In this document: in pieces, positions 45,084 through 54,231 of the stretch
Numbering within the stretch: position 1 is the first letter of the stretch
Layout: each line of letters opens with the position of its first letter
NCBI GenBank assembly: GCA_965247305.1
Contig: OZ252030.1
Span: 6,193,186-6,257,185, forward strand
Direction: 5' to 3'
Length of the DNA: 64,000 bases
Source: Bryobacterales bacterium
Lineage (GTDB): Bacteria > Acidobacteriota > Terriglobia > Bryobacterales > UBA6623
Position numbers and translations under genes: made by a program
Notes under the pieces: generated by a model
Database searches by the model: none
Seen by the model: only the letters and a program-made list of their open reading frames with translations
What the model was told of the DNA's origin: nothing

Positions 45084-46217
45084 ATGAAGATCCTCGTTTC
45101 GGCGGGCGAAGCGTCCGGAGATCGCTACGCCGCGGAACTGGTCGCCGCTCTTCGAAAACGTCTGCCGGACGCCGACTTCTTCGGATGTGGTGGGCAGCAT
45201 CTCCGAAAGGAAGGCCTGCGAACGGTCATCCGGACTGAAGACTTGGCGGTCGTTGGGCTATTCGAGGTCGTATCGCACATCCCCAGAATTTATCGCCGCT
45301 TTCGCCGGCTTGTGTCGGCGGTTCGCGCGGAGCGGCCGCAGTTAGCAATTTTGACCGATGCACCCGATTTTCATTTGCGCTTGGCGAAGAAGCTGCACGC
45401 GCTCAAGATTCCAGTCATGTACTACGTTGCCCCGCAGGTATGGGCGTGGCGTAAGGGGCGGCTGAAAACGATGCGCCGGCTGATTGACCATCTGTTGGTG
45501 ATTTTCCCATTCGAAGAGGAATTTTTTTCGAGCCATCGAGTGAGCGCAACGTTCGTCGGACATCCGCTGGCCGATCACGTCAAGGTCTCGACGGAGCGCG
45601 ATTCGTTTTTTGCTCGGCACGGTCTCGATACGAACAAACGACTCGTAGCGCTGCTTCCAGGTAGTCGCCGCGGCGAGTCGTTGCGCCATCTCCCGGCACT
45701 TGAAGATGCTGTGTCCGAGCTATCCACGCAAGCTGACCTGCAGTTCATCCTGCCCGCGTCGGTCACTACGGGCAAGGCGTTTTTCGATGAAAACTGGACT
45801 GGTCAACGGGTCACCATTGTCGCCGGCGAAACGCGAGATGCGGTTGGACACGCCGACCTCGCCCTCGTCGCAAGTGGTACCGCAACCATTGAAACGGCGC
45901 TACTCGGCACTCCAATGGTGACGTTTTACCGGCTGAGCTGGGCGAGCTACTGGCTGGCCAAAATGCTGGTCGATGTGCCCTTCTACAGCATGGTAAATCT
46001 GCTTGCCGGTCGCGCCGTCATACCGGAACTTATTCAACACGATTGCAATGGGAAGAAACTTGCAGCCGAGGCCACCCGTCTCCTTCAACAGGAGACAGAG
46101 CGATGTCGTATGGTCGAGGCACTGGCGGAAATCAAGGAGAAGCTGCGTGCCGGCGTGCCGGCGGCGGAGCGAGCAGCCGAAGTGATATGCGAACAGTACT
46201 CATTACAGACCGCTTAG
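45084..46217 (+). CDS. lpxB: Lipid-A-disaccharide synthase LpxB
   Basis: MKILVSAGEASGDRYAAELV, YYVAPQVWAWRKGR, ASGTATIE. 377 aa. Confidence 0.92.
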   Translation: MKILVSAGEASGDRYAAELVAALRKRLPDADFFGCGGQHLRKEGLRTVIRTEDLAVVGLFEVVSHIPRIYRRFRRLVSAVRAERPQLAILTDAPDFHLRLAKKLHALKIPVMYYVAPQVWAWRKGRLKTMRRLIDHLLVIFPFEEEFFSSHRVSATFVGHPLADHVKVSTERDSFFARHGLDTNKRLVALLPGSRRGESLRHLPALEDAVSELSTQADLQFILPASVTTGKAFFDENWTGQRVTIVAGETRDAVGHADLALVASGTATIETALLGTPMVTFYRLSWASYWLAKMLVDVPFYSMVNLLAGRAVIPELIQHDCNGKKLAAEATRLLQQETERCRMVEALAEIKEKLRAGVPAAERAAEVICEQYSLQTA

Positions 46218-48178
46218 TATTCATCGCAGGGCTAGTGGTCCTACTCGCCGCGGCGACGCCGCTGGCGGCGCAAGACGTCCCGCTAATCGACGTCGAGGAC
46301 TACGACATCACGGCCCGCGTCGATCTGCTGGCTCAGTCGTTGGAAGCGACCGCTCAGATTCGGTTTATTCCCCGAGAGGCTACGAACACCGCGGTTTTTG
46401 AGCTGCACAACGGCCTCAACGTAGACTCCGCGGAAATGGCTAATGGCTCGAGTCTCAACCCGCTGCGCTATCGCCAGGACTTTACGATCCATCTGAGCTT
46501 TCCAGAAACGCTCCCCCCCGGTGAGCCGCAAGTCATAACCATGCGATACGGCGGTCGCTTGAAGGGCTATGAGGAATCTCCCGTCGAGGGATACAGCTTG
46601 GCGCAGATCGACGCTGACCGCGCGTTTCTGCTTTATGCATCCCGCTGGTTTCCCGTGAATGCTTACGGCGCCGACCGCTTCACGTCAAAGATCAAAGTCA
46701 TTACCGGCGATGGCATGAAAGTTATCGGCAGTGGCATCGGCACGCGCAACGAGGGCATGGAAGGCGTCGAGCACGACTTTGAATTTAGCTATCCGTCATT
46801 CCCCGGCACGATCGCGATCTTGCCGGACAACGCGATTAAGGCCGAGACCGACGGCGTCACCACGGCGGTCTATTTCGATTCCGCTTCAGAAGATTTAGCA
46901 CGCGAGTATGGAGAGGCCACAGGCGAAATCGTCAACTATTACTCCGACACATTCGGCGCGCCCTATTCGAAATCGCTCGCAATCATTGAAATCGACGAGT
47001 ACGCTCCGAACGGCTATTGGGCTCCCGGAATGATCTTCTTGAGCCCTTACGCCATCCGCGAAAGCGTCAACCAGCGGCTGCTTGGCACTCTCGTCGCCAA
47101 CCAGTGGTGGGGCACGCTCGTCGGTCCAGGCAATCGCAATCACCTCTGGCTCGTCGATGGTCTGGCGTATTACTCAGCTCTGCTCGAGATCGAAGAGCGG
47201 GAGGGTGAGGAAGCGTTTGAGAATCACGTCAGGGAGGCGCGCATCGAATCACTGACACATACCGATGTCCCAATTACCCAGTCGGGCCGGCTAGCGGATT
47301 TCTCGCCCGAGATGAATGCCCTGGCAGGCGCGCGCGGCGTCATGGTTTTACACATGCTTCGCTGGGCACTTGGAGATGACAATTTTTTTGAAACCCTCAA
47401 GAAATTGGTGAGCGAGTTTACCTGGAAATCCATCACAACCGACAGCTTCCGAGAGCTAGCGGAGACGATCAGCGGCAAGGACCTCGACCCATTTTTCTTA
47501 CAGTGGACGGAGTCGACCGCCACGCCCGAGTTCAAGCAAGAATATACGATCTATCGCCTTGGCGGTGGCCAGGGATTCCGCATCATCGGCAAGGTTCGCC
47601 AAGACATGGATACGTTCAGCATGCCGGTCGAACTCAAGATTGAAACCGAGGGCGAGCCGGAGTTTCAAACCATCAATGTCGTCGGCACCTCGTCAGACTA
47701 TTCGCTCGAAACGTTCGGCAAGCCGCGCCAGGTTGTTCTCGACCCTCGCAACCGCATACTCCGATTTAACGATGAGATTCGCGTGTTGGTGGCAATCCGC
47801 AAGGGCGAACAAATCGTCGAACTGGGTTACTACCAAGATGCGCTACTCGAATATCAGCGCGCCCTAGACATTAACCGATACAGTTCGTTGGCGCACTATC
47901 GCATCGGTGAAGTTTTCTTCCTTCAGAACAACTACCAATCCGCGGCGAACGAGTTTCGCGAGGCGCTCAACGGCGATGCGGAGCCTAGCTGGACCGAGGT
48001 TTGGGCGCACATCAATTTAGGCAAGATATTCGACATCACAGGCCAACGCGAACGAGCGGTGAACGAGTACCAGCTCGCAATTCGCACACGCGACGATACG
48101 AAGGGCGCACAGAACGAAGCGCGTAAGTACCTCGAAAGTCCGTATCGGCGTGCCAAGCGGGAAGAAACGATCTACTAG
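46187..48178 (+). CDS. Secreted M1-peptidase-family homologue with degenerate active site, fused to C-terminal TPR repeats
   Basis: Signal peptide MRTVLITDRLVFIAGLVVLLAAATPLAAQ. M1 N-terminal beta domain and thermolysin-like domain are present. HExxH-x18-E is replaced by TLVAN-x18-D, and the GAMEN position reads APGMIF. C-terminal TPR (YYQDALLEYQRAL..., NYQSAANEFREAL...). Start chosen at ATG 46187, whereas the ORF-track start 46043 lies inside lpxB. Confidence 0.78.
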   Translation: MRTVLITDRLVFIAGLVVLLAAATPLAAQDVPLIDVEDYDITARVDLLAQSLEATAQIRFIPREATNTAVFELHNGLNVDSAEMANGSSLNPLRYRQDFTIHLSFPETLPPGEPQVITMRYGGRLKGYEESPVEGYSLAQIDADRAFLLYASRWFPVNAYGADRFTSKIKVITGDGMKVIGSGIGTRNEGMEGVEHDFEFSYPSFPGTIAILPDNAIKAETDGVTTAVYFDSASEDLAREYGEATGEIVNYYSDTFGAPYSKSLAIIEIDEYAPNGYWAPGMIFLSPYAIRESVNQRLLGTLVANQWWGTLVGPGNRNHLWLVDGLAYYSALLEIEEREGEEAFENHVREARIESLTHTDVPITQSGRLADFSPEMNALAGARGVMVLHMLRWALGDDNFFETLKKLVSEFTWKSITTDSFRELAETISGKDLDPFFLQWTESTATPEFKQEYTIYRLGGGQGFRIIGKVRQDMDTFSMPVELKIETEGEPEFQTINVVGTSSDYSLETFGKPRQVVLDPRNRILRFNDEIRVLVAIRKGEQIVELGYYQDALLEYQRALDINRYSSLAHYRIGEVFFLQNNYQSAANEFREALNGDAEPSWTEVWAHINLGKIFDITGQRERAVNEYQLAIRTRDDTKGAQNEARKYLESPYRRAKREETIY

Positions 48179-48219
48179 CCTTGCCGTCGTTAAGTTGAAG
48201 ACGCCCTTCGGGGCCAAGA

Positions 48220-48305
48220 GACAGAGGCGTGGACGGAAGTCCACGCTTTCTTCGGATTCGGCTACTACCAGGAACGAAAGCGTGGACTTCCGTCCCGCCT
48301 CTGTC
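48220..48305. repeat. REPIN-like double palindrome, copy 2
   Basis: Arms 48220-48250 (gacagaggcgtggacggaagtccacgctttc) and 48276-48305 (gaaagcgtggacttccgtcccgcctctgtc) are reverse complements apart from one missing base. Same core as copy 1 at 20143-20225. Confidence 0.85.
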
Positions 48306-48438
48306 AATCCGGTTTGACATCATTCCGGTCCAGCGTCGCCGGATGATTCCTCCCGTGGCTATAATGAGTAACTGGGAAGCCGTGACCCCACCGCGGCCCT
48401 TGATTAAAAGAATTCCCCCGTCTCGAGGAGGAGACCCC

Positions 48439-49500
48439 ATGTTCCGATTGACTTTTCTGACAATGTCCGCAATTGCGCTCTTGATGTCCGCTTGCGGTGG
48501 CGGTATGGAGGAAGCGCCGGAGCCTGAGCCCGTCGCGGCTGCCTGGCCCGAAGTGGCCGGATACGACTTCATGGCGATCCCGGCCGACAACGAAATGACC
48601 GAGGCGAAGGTTGCGCTCGGCAAACAGCTTTATTACGACGAGCGCCTGAGTGGCGACGGCAATCGCTCATGCTACGGCTGCCATCTAAAAGAGAACGGTC
48701 TCACGGATGGACGCGCGATGGCTCTCGGCGCATTCGACAAGCAGTTGACCCGCGCTGCCCCCACCATGTGGAACGTCGGCTACTACGAGTCGCTCTACTG
48801 GGACGGTCGTTCGGGCGCGCTCGAAAAGCAGGTCCAAGGCGCTTGGGGCGGCGGCAACATGGGCGCCTCCGGCAACGACGACGCACCTTCGATGGACGAT
48901 ATTTGCGCCACGCTCAACGGGATCCCCGGATACGCCGAGCAGTTCCAGGCAGTTTTTGGTGGCCCAGCAACGCCCGACCACGTTGCTTACGCGGTTGCGG
49001 CGTTCATGCGCACGATTGTCACCACCACAGAGAACTCGCGATTCGTCGCGTTCCGTGATGGCGACGATAGCGCCCTCAACGAGCAGGAAAAGAGGGGCTG
49101 GACCATCTTCTCAGAGAAAGCCAAATGCACCAACTGCCACGACGGGATCCTGCTTGCTGATCAGCAATTTCACAACGTCGGTATCGGCATGGACGCGGCG
49201 ACCCCCGATGTCGGCCGCGCAAAGATTTCTGAAGATGAAAAGGACACCGGAGCATTCAAGACTCCGAGTCTTTACGACATCTCGAAATCCGCTCCGTACT
49301 TCCACGACGGCAGCGTGGCGACACTTGAAGAATCGGTCGACCTGATGACCAGCGGCGGCATAGCCAATGAGCATCTCGACGAAGAGAATTTGGCCGACGC
49401 CAAAAACGCAAACTTGAGCGACGAAGAGAAGGCTGACCTGATCGCCTTCTTGAATGCCCTCGACGTGGACTATACAATTGAGGCCCCGACGCTACCTTAA
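48439..49500 (+). CDS. Dihaem cytochrome c peroxidase (CCP/MauG family), lipoprotein
   Basis: Two CxxCH sites (CYGCH, CTNCH) plus FKTPSLYDISKSAPYFHDGSVATLEE. N-terminus MFRLTFLTMSAIALLMSACGG is preceded by ggaggag. The 5-prime part of the 48229 ORF runs through the repeat. Confidence 0.9.
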   Translation: MFRLTFLTMSAIALLMSACGGGMEEAPEPEPVAAAWPEVAGYDFMAIPADNEMTEAKVALGKQLYYDERLSGDGNRSCYGCHLKENGLTDGRAMALGAFDKQLTRAAPTMWNVGYYESLYWDGRSGALEKQVQGAWGGGNMGASGNDDAPSMDDICATLNGIPGYAEQFQAVFGGPATPDHVAYAVAAFMRTIVTTTENSRFVAFRDGDDSALNEQEKRGWTIFSEKAKCTNCHDGILLADQQFHNVGIGMDAATPDVGRAKISEDEKDTGAFKTPSLYDISKSAPYFHDGSVATLEESVDLMTSGGIANEHLDEENLADAKNANLSDEEKADLIAFLNALDVDYTIEAPTLP

Positions 49501-49534
49501 GCGCCGGCCATTGCTTCAAAACACATTAAACTAC

Positions 49535-49568
49535 AATGCGCGACGGACCCGCCCGCCGCGCATTTTTT
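49535..49568 (+). terminator. Rho-independent terminator candidate after the peroxidase gene
   Basis: aatgcgcg(a)cgg ... ccg(c)cgcgcatt forms a stem and is followed by tttttt (49563-49568). It lies 35 nt after the stop at 49500. Confidence 0.6.
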
Positions 49569-49663
49569 CGTGCATTGCTGAAAGCACGCACTGCTTGTTC
49601 ATTGAATGTTAACGCGTTCTTAATGTATCCTTAATAAAGAACGATTCGGCGTTCCGAGGTCAG

Positions 49664-51154
49664 ATGAGGGACACATTGACATTTGAGCCGCTCGGAGTGC
49701 GTACTACGCCGCCGGCGGAACCGCCCCAGGCGCAGGTTATAGAGCAGGTTCGAGAGCATGACCGCTATCAAGTCGAGATCAAGCAGCACTACCCGTTGAC
49801 TGCCGGCCGGCACCTCAGCTACGAGGTCTCAACGTACATATTTATTCCGTCCGGTCTGGGAATCGACGAAAGTTCGTACCCGATTGACGAATTCTACCGT
49901 CGCACCCAGAACTACACACGGTTGAGCGTCGGGTCCCGCAGCCTGCGCGAGCTGGCCCATGGCACGAACTCTACGCTGGACGTTGTTGAGCGGACGCTTA
50001 AGAGCGACCAGACGTCGGACGCGGATGCCGTCAGAAGTTTAAAGCTACTCTGTGTTGCATTCCAAAAGGCGCTTGGTCTGCATCTGCCGACCCGTAACGA
50101 ATCAAAAAAATCCAACGTCATCGCGACCAGAGAGCTGTTAACCGAAATTGAGACTATTCTTGACAGGCACCGAGCGCTCCGCCCCGAAATTGAGAGTCGC
50201 GGCGAGCAGCCTCGCGAGGCCTACCAGATGACCGCCGAACGCATGAGTCTGCTCGCCGAAGACGCCTTGTTGAAGTCCTACGACATCGTCTGCCGCCGTT
50301 TGCCGGAGCACGCGATTGTTGACGATCTGGCCCAGGCGATTGAACGGGAGAAAGTTCACCGAGAGGAGCTGAATCCAGCATTAACGTTATCTCCGAACGG
50401 GGCCAACGAAGCGTTCCTGAGCCGCGACTCGTATTTGAAGAAATGTGTTTCTAGTGTGCTCTATCTCAAATCTGAGCGCGGCACTGAAGGAGCGACGCTC
50501 GAGCACGTTATCTACGCGGTAGCGGCCGGCATCGCGATGATCTTTGCAACGGCGGCTACGTTTTATTCGCAGCGAGCCTTCGGCGCCTTCACCCTGCCCG
50601 TGTTTTGCGCACTGGTACTTTCCTACATGTTTAAGGACCGCATCAAAGAGATTGGGCGAGCCCACCTAGGGCAATTCTTGCGGGATCGGCTCAGCGATCG
50701 CAAGACCGAAGTTCGTGCCGCCGATGGAGGTTCAACGCTCGGATTTATTCGTGAAACCGTTCGCCATCTGCCGGCTTCCAAGGTCCCGCCCGAGATCAAG
50801 GCGTCGCGCCATAGCGCTCCCGCTGGTCTCGAAGAGTCGGTTCTTCGCTATACCAAGCAAGTAGTTCTCAGCTCCCAGGGGTTAGAGGAGCTTGAAGGTT
50901 TGGGTGCGGAGATTGGAGGGATAACCGACATTCTCCGATACGACGTGCGGCCCTACTTGCATCGAATGGACGATCCAATCGAAACCCGTTTATGCTGGGC
51001 GGACAATCGTTTGCAGCGGGTGCGTTGTCAAAAGAACTATGTCGTCGAACTGGTGTCGGCCCAACGCTATTCGGGGTCTGAATCGTACGACGACCTCAAA
51101 TCTACAACGCTCGTCCTGAACCGTAAAGGCATCAAGAGAGTCGAACACAACTGA
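49664..51154 (+). CDS. Hypothetical membrane protein (two central TM helices), no recognisable family
   Basis: 496-aa ORF. A helical, charged N-terminal half is followed by a TM hairpin (VIYAVAAGIAMIFATAATFYS, AFTLPVFCALVLSYMF) and a C-terminal region of about 150 aa that looks beta-rich. It is preceded by an AT-rich stretch of about 160 bp and followed by repeat copy B. Confidence 0.6.
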   Translation: MRDTLTFEPLGVRTTPPAEPPQAQVIEQVREHDRYQVEIKQHYPLTAGRHLSYEVSTYIFIPSGLGIDESSYPIDEFYRRTQNYTRLSVGSRSLRELAHGTNSTLDVVERTLKSDQTSDADAVRSLKLLCVAFQKALGLHLPTRNESKKSNVIATRELLTEIETILDRHRALRPEIESRGEQPREAYQMTAERMSLLAEDALLKSYDIVCRRLPEHAIVDDLAQAIEREKVHREELNPALTLSPNGANEAFLSRDSYLKKCVSSVLYLKSERGTEGATLEHVIYAVAAGIAMIFATAATFYSQRAFGAFTLPVFCALVLSYMFKDRIKEIGRAHLGQFLRDRLSDRKTEVRAADGGSTLGFIRETVRHLPASKVPPEIKASRHSAPAGLEESVLRYTKQVVLSSQGLEELEGLGAEIGGITDILRYDVRPYLHRMDDPIETRLCWADNRLQRVRCQKNYVVELVSAQRYSGSESYDDLKSTTLVLNRKGIKRVEHN

Positions 51155-51164
51155 GGGTGCAGGC

Positions 51165-51342
51165 TTGAAACTTGATTTTTCAAGCTGCCAACCAAGCTGC
51201 TTGTTGGACAAAACCTTTCGCAGTACCGAGCCGCGCCGCGCGGCGGCGCGGCTCGGTACTGCGAAGCGCAACGTCGCCAAGCTGGTAGCTCAAGTTTCTC
51301 CCTTGAACGATCCGCCCAACCAAGCCGGGCGGCGGCGCTGAG
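51165..51342 (-). repeat. Long-hairpin intergenic repeat, copy B (inverted, short variant)
   Basis: The reverse complement aligns with copies A and C but lacks the roughly 42-bp apical segment. Perfect 23-bp stem: 51217-51239 pairs with 51243-51265. Confidence 0.85.
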
Positions 51343-51374
51343 CTGAATTTGGCGCGGCCCGCGGGGCGAAGGCT

Positions 51375-53666
51375 CTACAAACCCGCACGGCGGGCCAACA
51401 TCCCGGCGGGATCGATTCGAGCCAACAAAGCCATAAACCGCGGATCGTCTCGCATGGGATCCCACAGCGCCTCGGCTTGAATTTGGACGAGTAGGCCTTC
51501 GCGATCTTCGTAAGCCTGTTCCAGGTATTCCATGACGCGGTCGTGATCGCCCATGCCTAGCCAAACCCAGGCCAGAAAATATGCCGAGAAGTAACTCTCT
51601 CGACGCTCTTTCTCAAATGAATCGGCAACACCCTTGGCGGTTTCTTTGTCGTTCATTAAGCCGGCGATCCAGCCGTTTCCGGCTTGCGATATCGGATCGT
51701 TTGGCGATAACTCGATTGACCTTCGCCAAGCTTTGAGCGCTTTCTGGTTGTCGCCCGACGCTACCGCCGCCATTCCGACCGTCCAATTGGCCGGAAAATA
51801 CGTCGGGTCCATCGCCAGGGTTCGTTCAGCGCGGGCGACCGCCTTCGGGAAGTTGCGAGTCAGATAGAGTACGTACCCTTTCAACCTGCGCGCATCAAGC
51901 GAGACGGGGTCCAGCGCCAGCGCTTGATCGACCTGCTGATTGGCCTCGTCGGCGCGGCCCTGCACCGCCAGTAACGTCGCATACATGCTCATGGAATCAA
52001 CATCGTTGGGGTTGATCTCTATGGCTTCTTGGTAGTCGCTTTCAGCTCCGTCGAGATCCCAGTCATACCAGTGCTTCACCATGCCCAGCGCCATATGGGC
52101 CTGTCCCAGAGCGGGGTCTAGTCTCAGAGCTTCCGAGGCGTGTTTCATTGAGCGGGGCATCATCTCGCGCGGTGGCGCCCAGCCGTGAAGCGCAAGGTAG
52201 GCATAGCAGACTGCCGTTCCGGCTCGAGGCAACGCGTAGCCGGGGTCGAGTGCGATCGCCGAGCTATAGTGCCCAATCGCCTCTTGCAAGCCGTCGAGCG
52301 TCAGCTTCGCGGCGTAATAGCGGCCCTTTAAGTAGAGGTTGTAGGCTTCGAGGTTTTCCGGCGCGGCGCGATCGCTCGGTGTGTCAGACCCGACGCCCAG
52401 CTCGACTTGCATTGCCTGGGCAATCGCTTGCGATATTTCGTCCTGCACGTCGAACACATCTTCGATAACTCGGTCGTAGCGTTCCGACCAGATCTCGAAC
52501 CCGTCGGCGACGTTGCTAAGTGAAGCATTAATTCTCAGCCGCTTACCCGAAAATCGGGCGCTGCCGGTGAGAACAGCGCCGACCCTGAGCTTTTGGCCGA
52601 CGGCCTCTATGTCGGTCGACTGACCTTTGAATTGAAACGCGGAATTTCTAGACGCAACCCGCAGGCCATCAATCTTTGTTAAGGCACCGATGATGTCTTC
52701 GGTGATGCCGTCGCTGAAGTACTCGTTTTCGGGATCGGAGCTGCGATTCTCGAACGGAAGCACGGCCAGGGAGAGGCCCACTGGCACTACGGTGGTCGTT
52801 AGCGCAATCGTCGCGCCGCGCGGATCAAATTGGTCGGCCTGCTGGGTTTTCGCTGCCGAGGCCTCAGAAAGACTTCTCAAGTCAGACATGAACTCTTCGA
52901 CCGACTGATAGCGATCAGAGCGATCTTTAGCCATCGCCTTCAGAACTATTTTGTTGAGAGGCTTTGCGTGCGGCGAGTTTAGGGAAAGCGGGTCCGGCTC
53001 TTGGTTTAGGACTGAGTAGAGAATCGCCGCAACGTAGTCGCCTTCGAATGGCGGAGTTCCCGCCAGCATCTCGTAGAGCACCGCGCCTAACGACCAAATG
53101 TCTGCGCGCTGGTCGACTGCATCGCCCGTAAGCTGCTCGGGAGCCATATAGGCCGGGGTACCCACGGAGGTCCCAAAATCGGTTAGCGCCGTCGATCCTG
53201 GTAGACGAGCCACGCCAAAATCCATAATCACCGCGCGCCCGCCGGTTGTCATTCTGATATTTGCAGGTTTGATGTCGCGATGGACCGTTCCACGCGAGTG
53301 TGCCCCACTAAGACCGCCGGCGACTTGTAAAGCGATGTCGACGGCCGCTTCCGCTATTAGCGGCCCTGACGAAAGCTTCCGCGAAAGATCCTCGCCTTCG
53401 AGATAGGCCATCGCGATAAACATGCGATCACCGACCTGGTCGATCTCATATACCGTACAAATGTTCGGATGGTCTAGCGCGGCCGCGGCACGTGCCTCAA
53501 TCAAGAAGCGCTGCTTGTCCGTGTCCCCGACTTCCTGCCCGAGTGGCAGAAATTTTAGCGCGACGGTGCGTTGAAGCTTTTCGTCCTCGGCTTTATAGAC
53601 GACTCCCATGCCGCCTTCGCCGAGCTTTTCGACGATACGGTAGTGCGAGACTGTAGTGCCGACCAT
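51375..53666 (-). CDS. Ser/Thr protein kinase with TolB-N-like middle region and C-terminal TPR repeats
   Basis: YRIVEKLGEGGMGVVYKA, VALKF, HRDIKPAN, DFG and APE Hanks motifs. Then LAVLPFENRSSDPENEYFSDGITEDII, followed by multiple TPR units. Confidence 0.92.
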   Translation of the reverse strand: MVGTTVSHYRIVEKLGEGGMGVVYKAEDEKLQRTVALKFLPLGQEVGDTDKQRFLIEARAAAALDHPNICTVYEIDQVGDRMFIAMAYLEGEDLSRKLSSGPLIAEAAVDIALQVAGGLSGAHSRGTVHRDIKPANIRMTTGGRAVIMDFGVARLPGSTALTDFGTSVGTPAYMAPEQLTGDAVDQRADIWSLGAVLYEMLAGTPPFEGDYVAAILYSVLNQEPDPLSLNSPHAKPLNKIVLKAMAKDRSDRYQSVEEFMSDLRSLSEASAAKTQQADQFDPRGATIALTTTVVPVGLSLAVLPFENRSSDPENEYFSDGITEDIIGALTKIDGLRVASRNSAFQFKGQSTDIEAVGQKLRVGAVLTGSARFSGKRLRINASLSNVADGFEIWSERYDRVIEDVFDVQDEISQAIAQAMQVELGVGSDTPSDRAAPENLEAYNLYLKGRYYAAKLTLDGLQEAIGHYSSAIALDPGYALPRAGTAVCYAYLALHGWAPPREMMPRSMKHASEALRLDPALGQAHMALGMVKHWYDWDLDGAESDYQEAIEINPNDVDSMSMYATLLAVQGRADEANQQVDQALALDPVSLDARRLKGYVLYLTRNFPKAVARAERTLAMDPTYFPANWTVGMAAVASGDNQKALKAWRRSIELSPNDPISQAGNGWIAGLMNDKETAKGVADSFEKERRESYFSAYFLAWVWLGMGDHDRVMEYLEQAYEDREGLLVQIQAEALWDPMRDDPRFMALLARIDPAGMLARRAGL

Positions 53667-53759
53667 TCATTGAATAATACAGGCCTGCGCCGATAAAAGT
53701 TACTGACCGGATGGTGGATGGTGTAGGGAGCCAATCGATATAATCACGTACGCCTGACG

Positions 53760-54224
53760 ATGACAGCCGAGGAAAACCTAGCGCGCCTAGAAATCTCGCT
53801 ACCGAGCGCGCCCGCGGCCGTGGCGAACTACGTCGCCTGGGTGCGCACGGGAAACATCGTCGTTACGTCTGGTCAGCTTCCGTGGAGCGGCGACAAGATG
53901 CGATTCGCCGGCCGCTGCGGCGCCGAGTTGAGCGACGAGCAAGGATACGCCGCGGCGCGTCTGTGCGCCATCAACGCCATCGCTCAACTCAAGGATGCCG
54001 TCGGTGACCTTGAGCGCATCGTTCAACTCGTGCGCCTAGAGGGGAATGTGTTTAGCGCGACAAACTACAAGGGCCAGCCACAAGTGCTAAACGGTGCGTC
54101 CGATCTGATGATGGAAGTGTTCGAGCAGCGCGGACGCCATACTCGCAGCGCGCTCGGGATCTCCGAAATGCCTCTGGGAGCCGCCGTCCAGCTCAGCGTC
54201 TGGGCCGAAGTTCAGCCGGACTAG
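53760..54224 (+). CDS. RidA/YjgF-family (Rid) protein, second paralogue
   Basis: 154 aa. YVAWVRTGNIVVTSGQLP...RLEGNV...HTRSALGISEMPLGAAVQLSVWAEV. Confidence 0.78.
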   Translation: MTAEENLARLEISLPSAPAAVANYVAWVRTGNIVVTSGQLPWSGDKMRFAGRCGAELSDEQGYAAARLCAINAIAQLKDAVGDLERIVQLVRLEGNVFSATNYKGQPQVLNGASDLMMEVFEQRGRHTRSALGISEMPLGAAVQLSVWAEVQPD

Positions 54225-54231
54225 CGCCACC

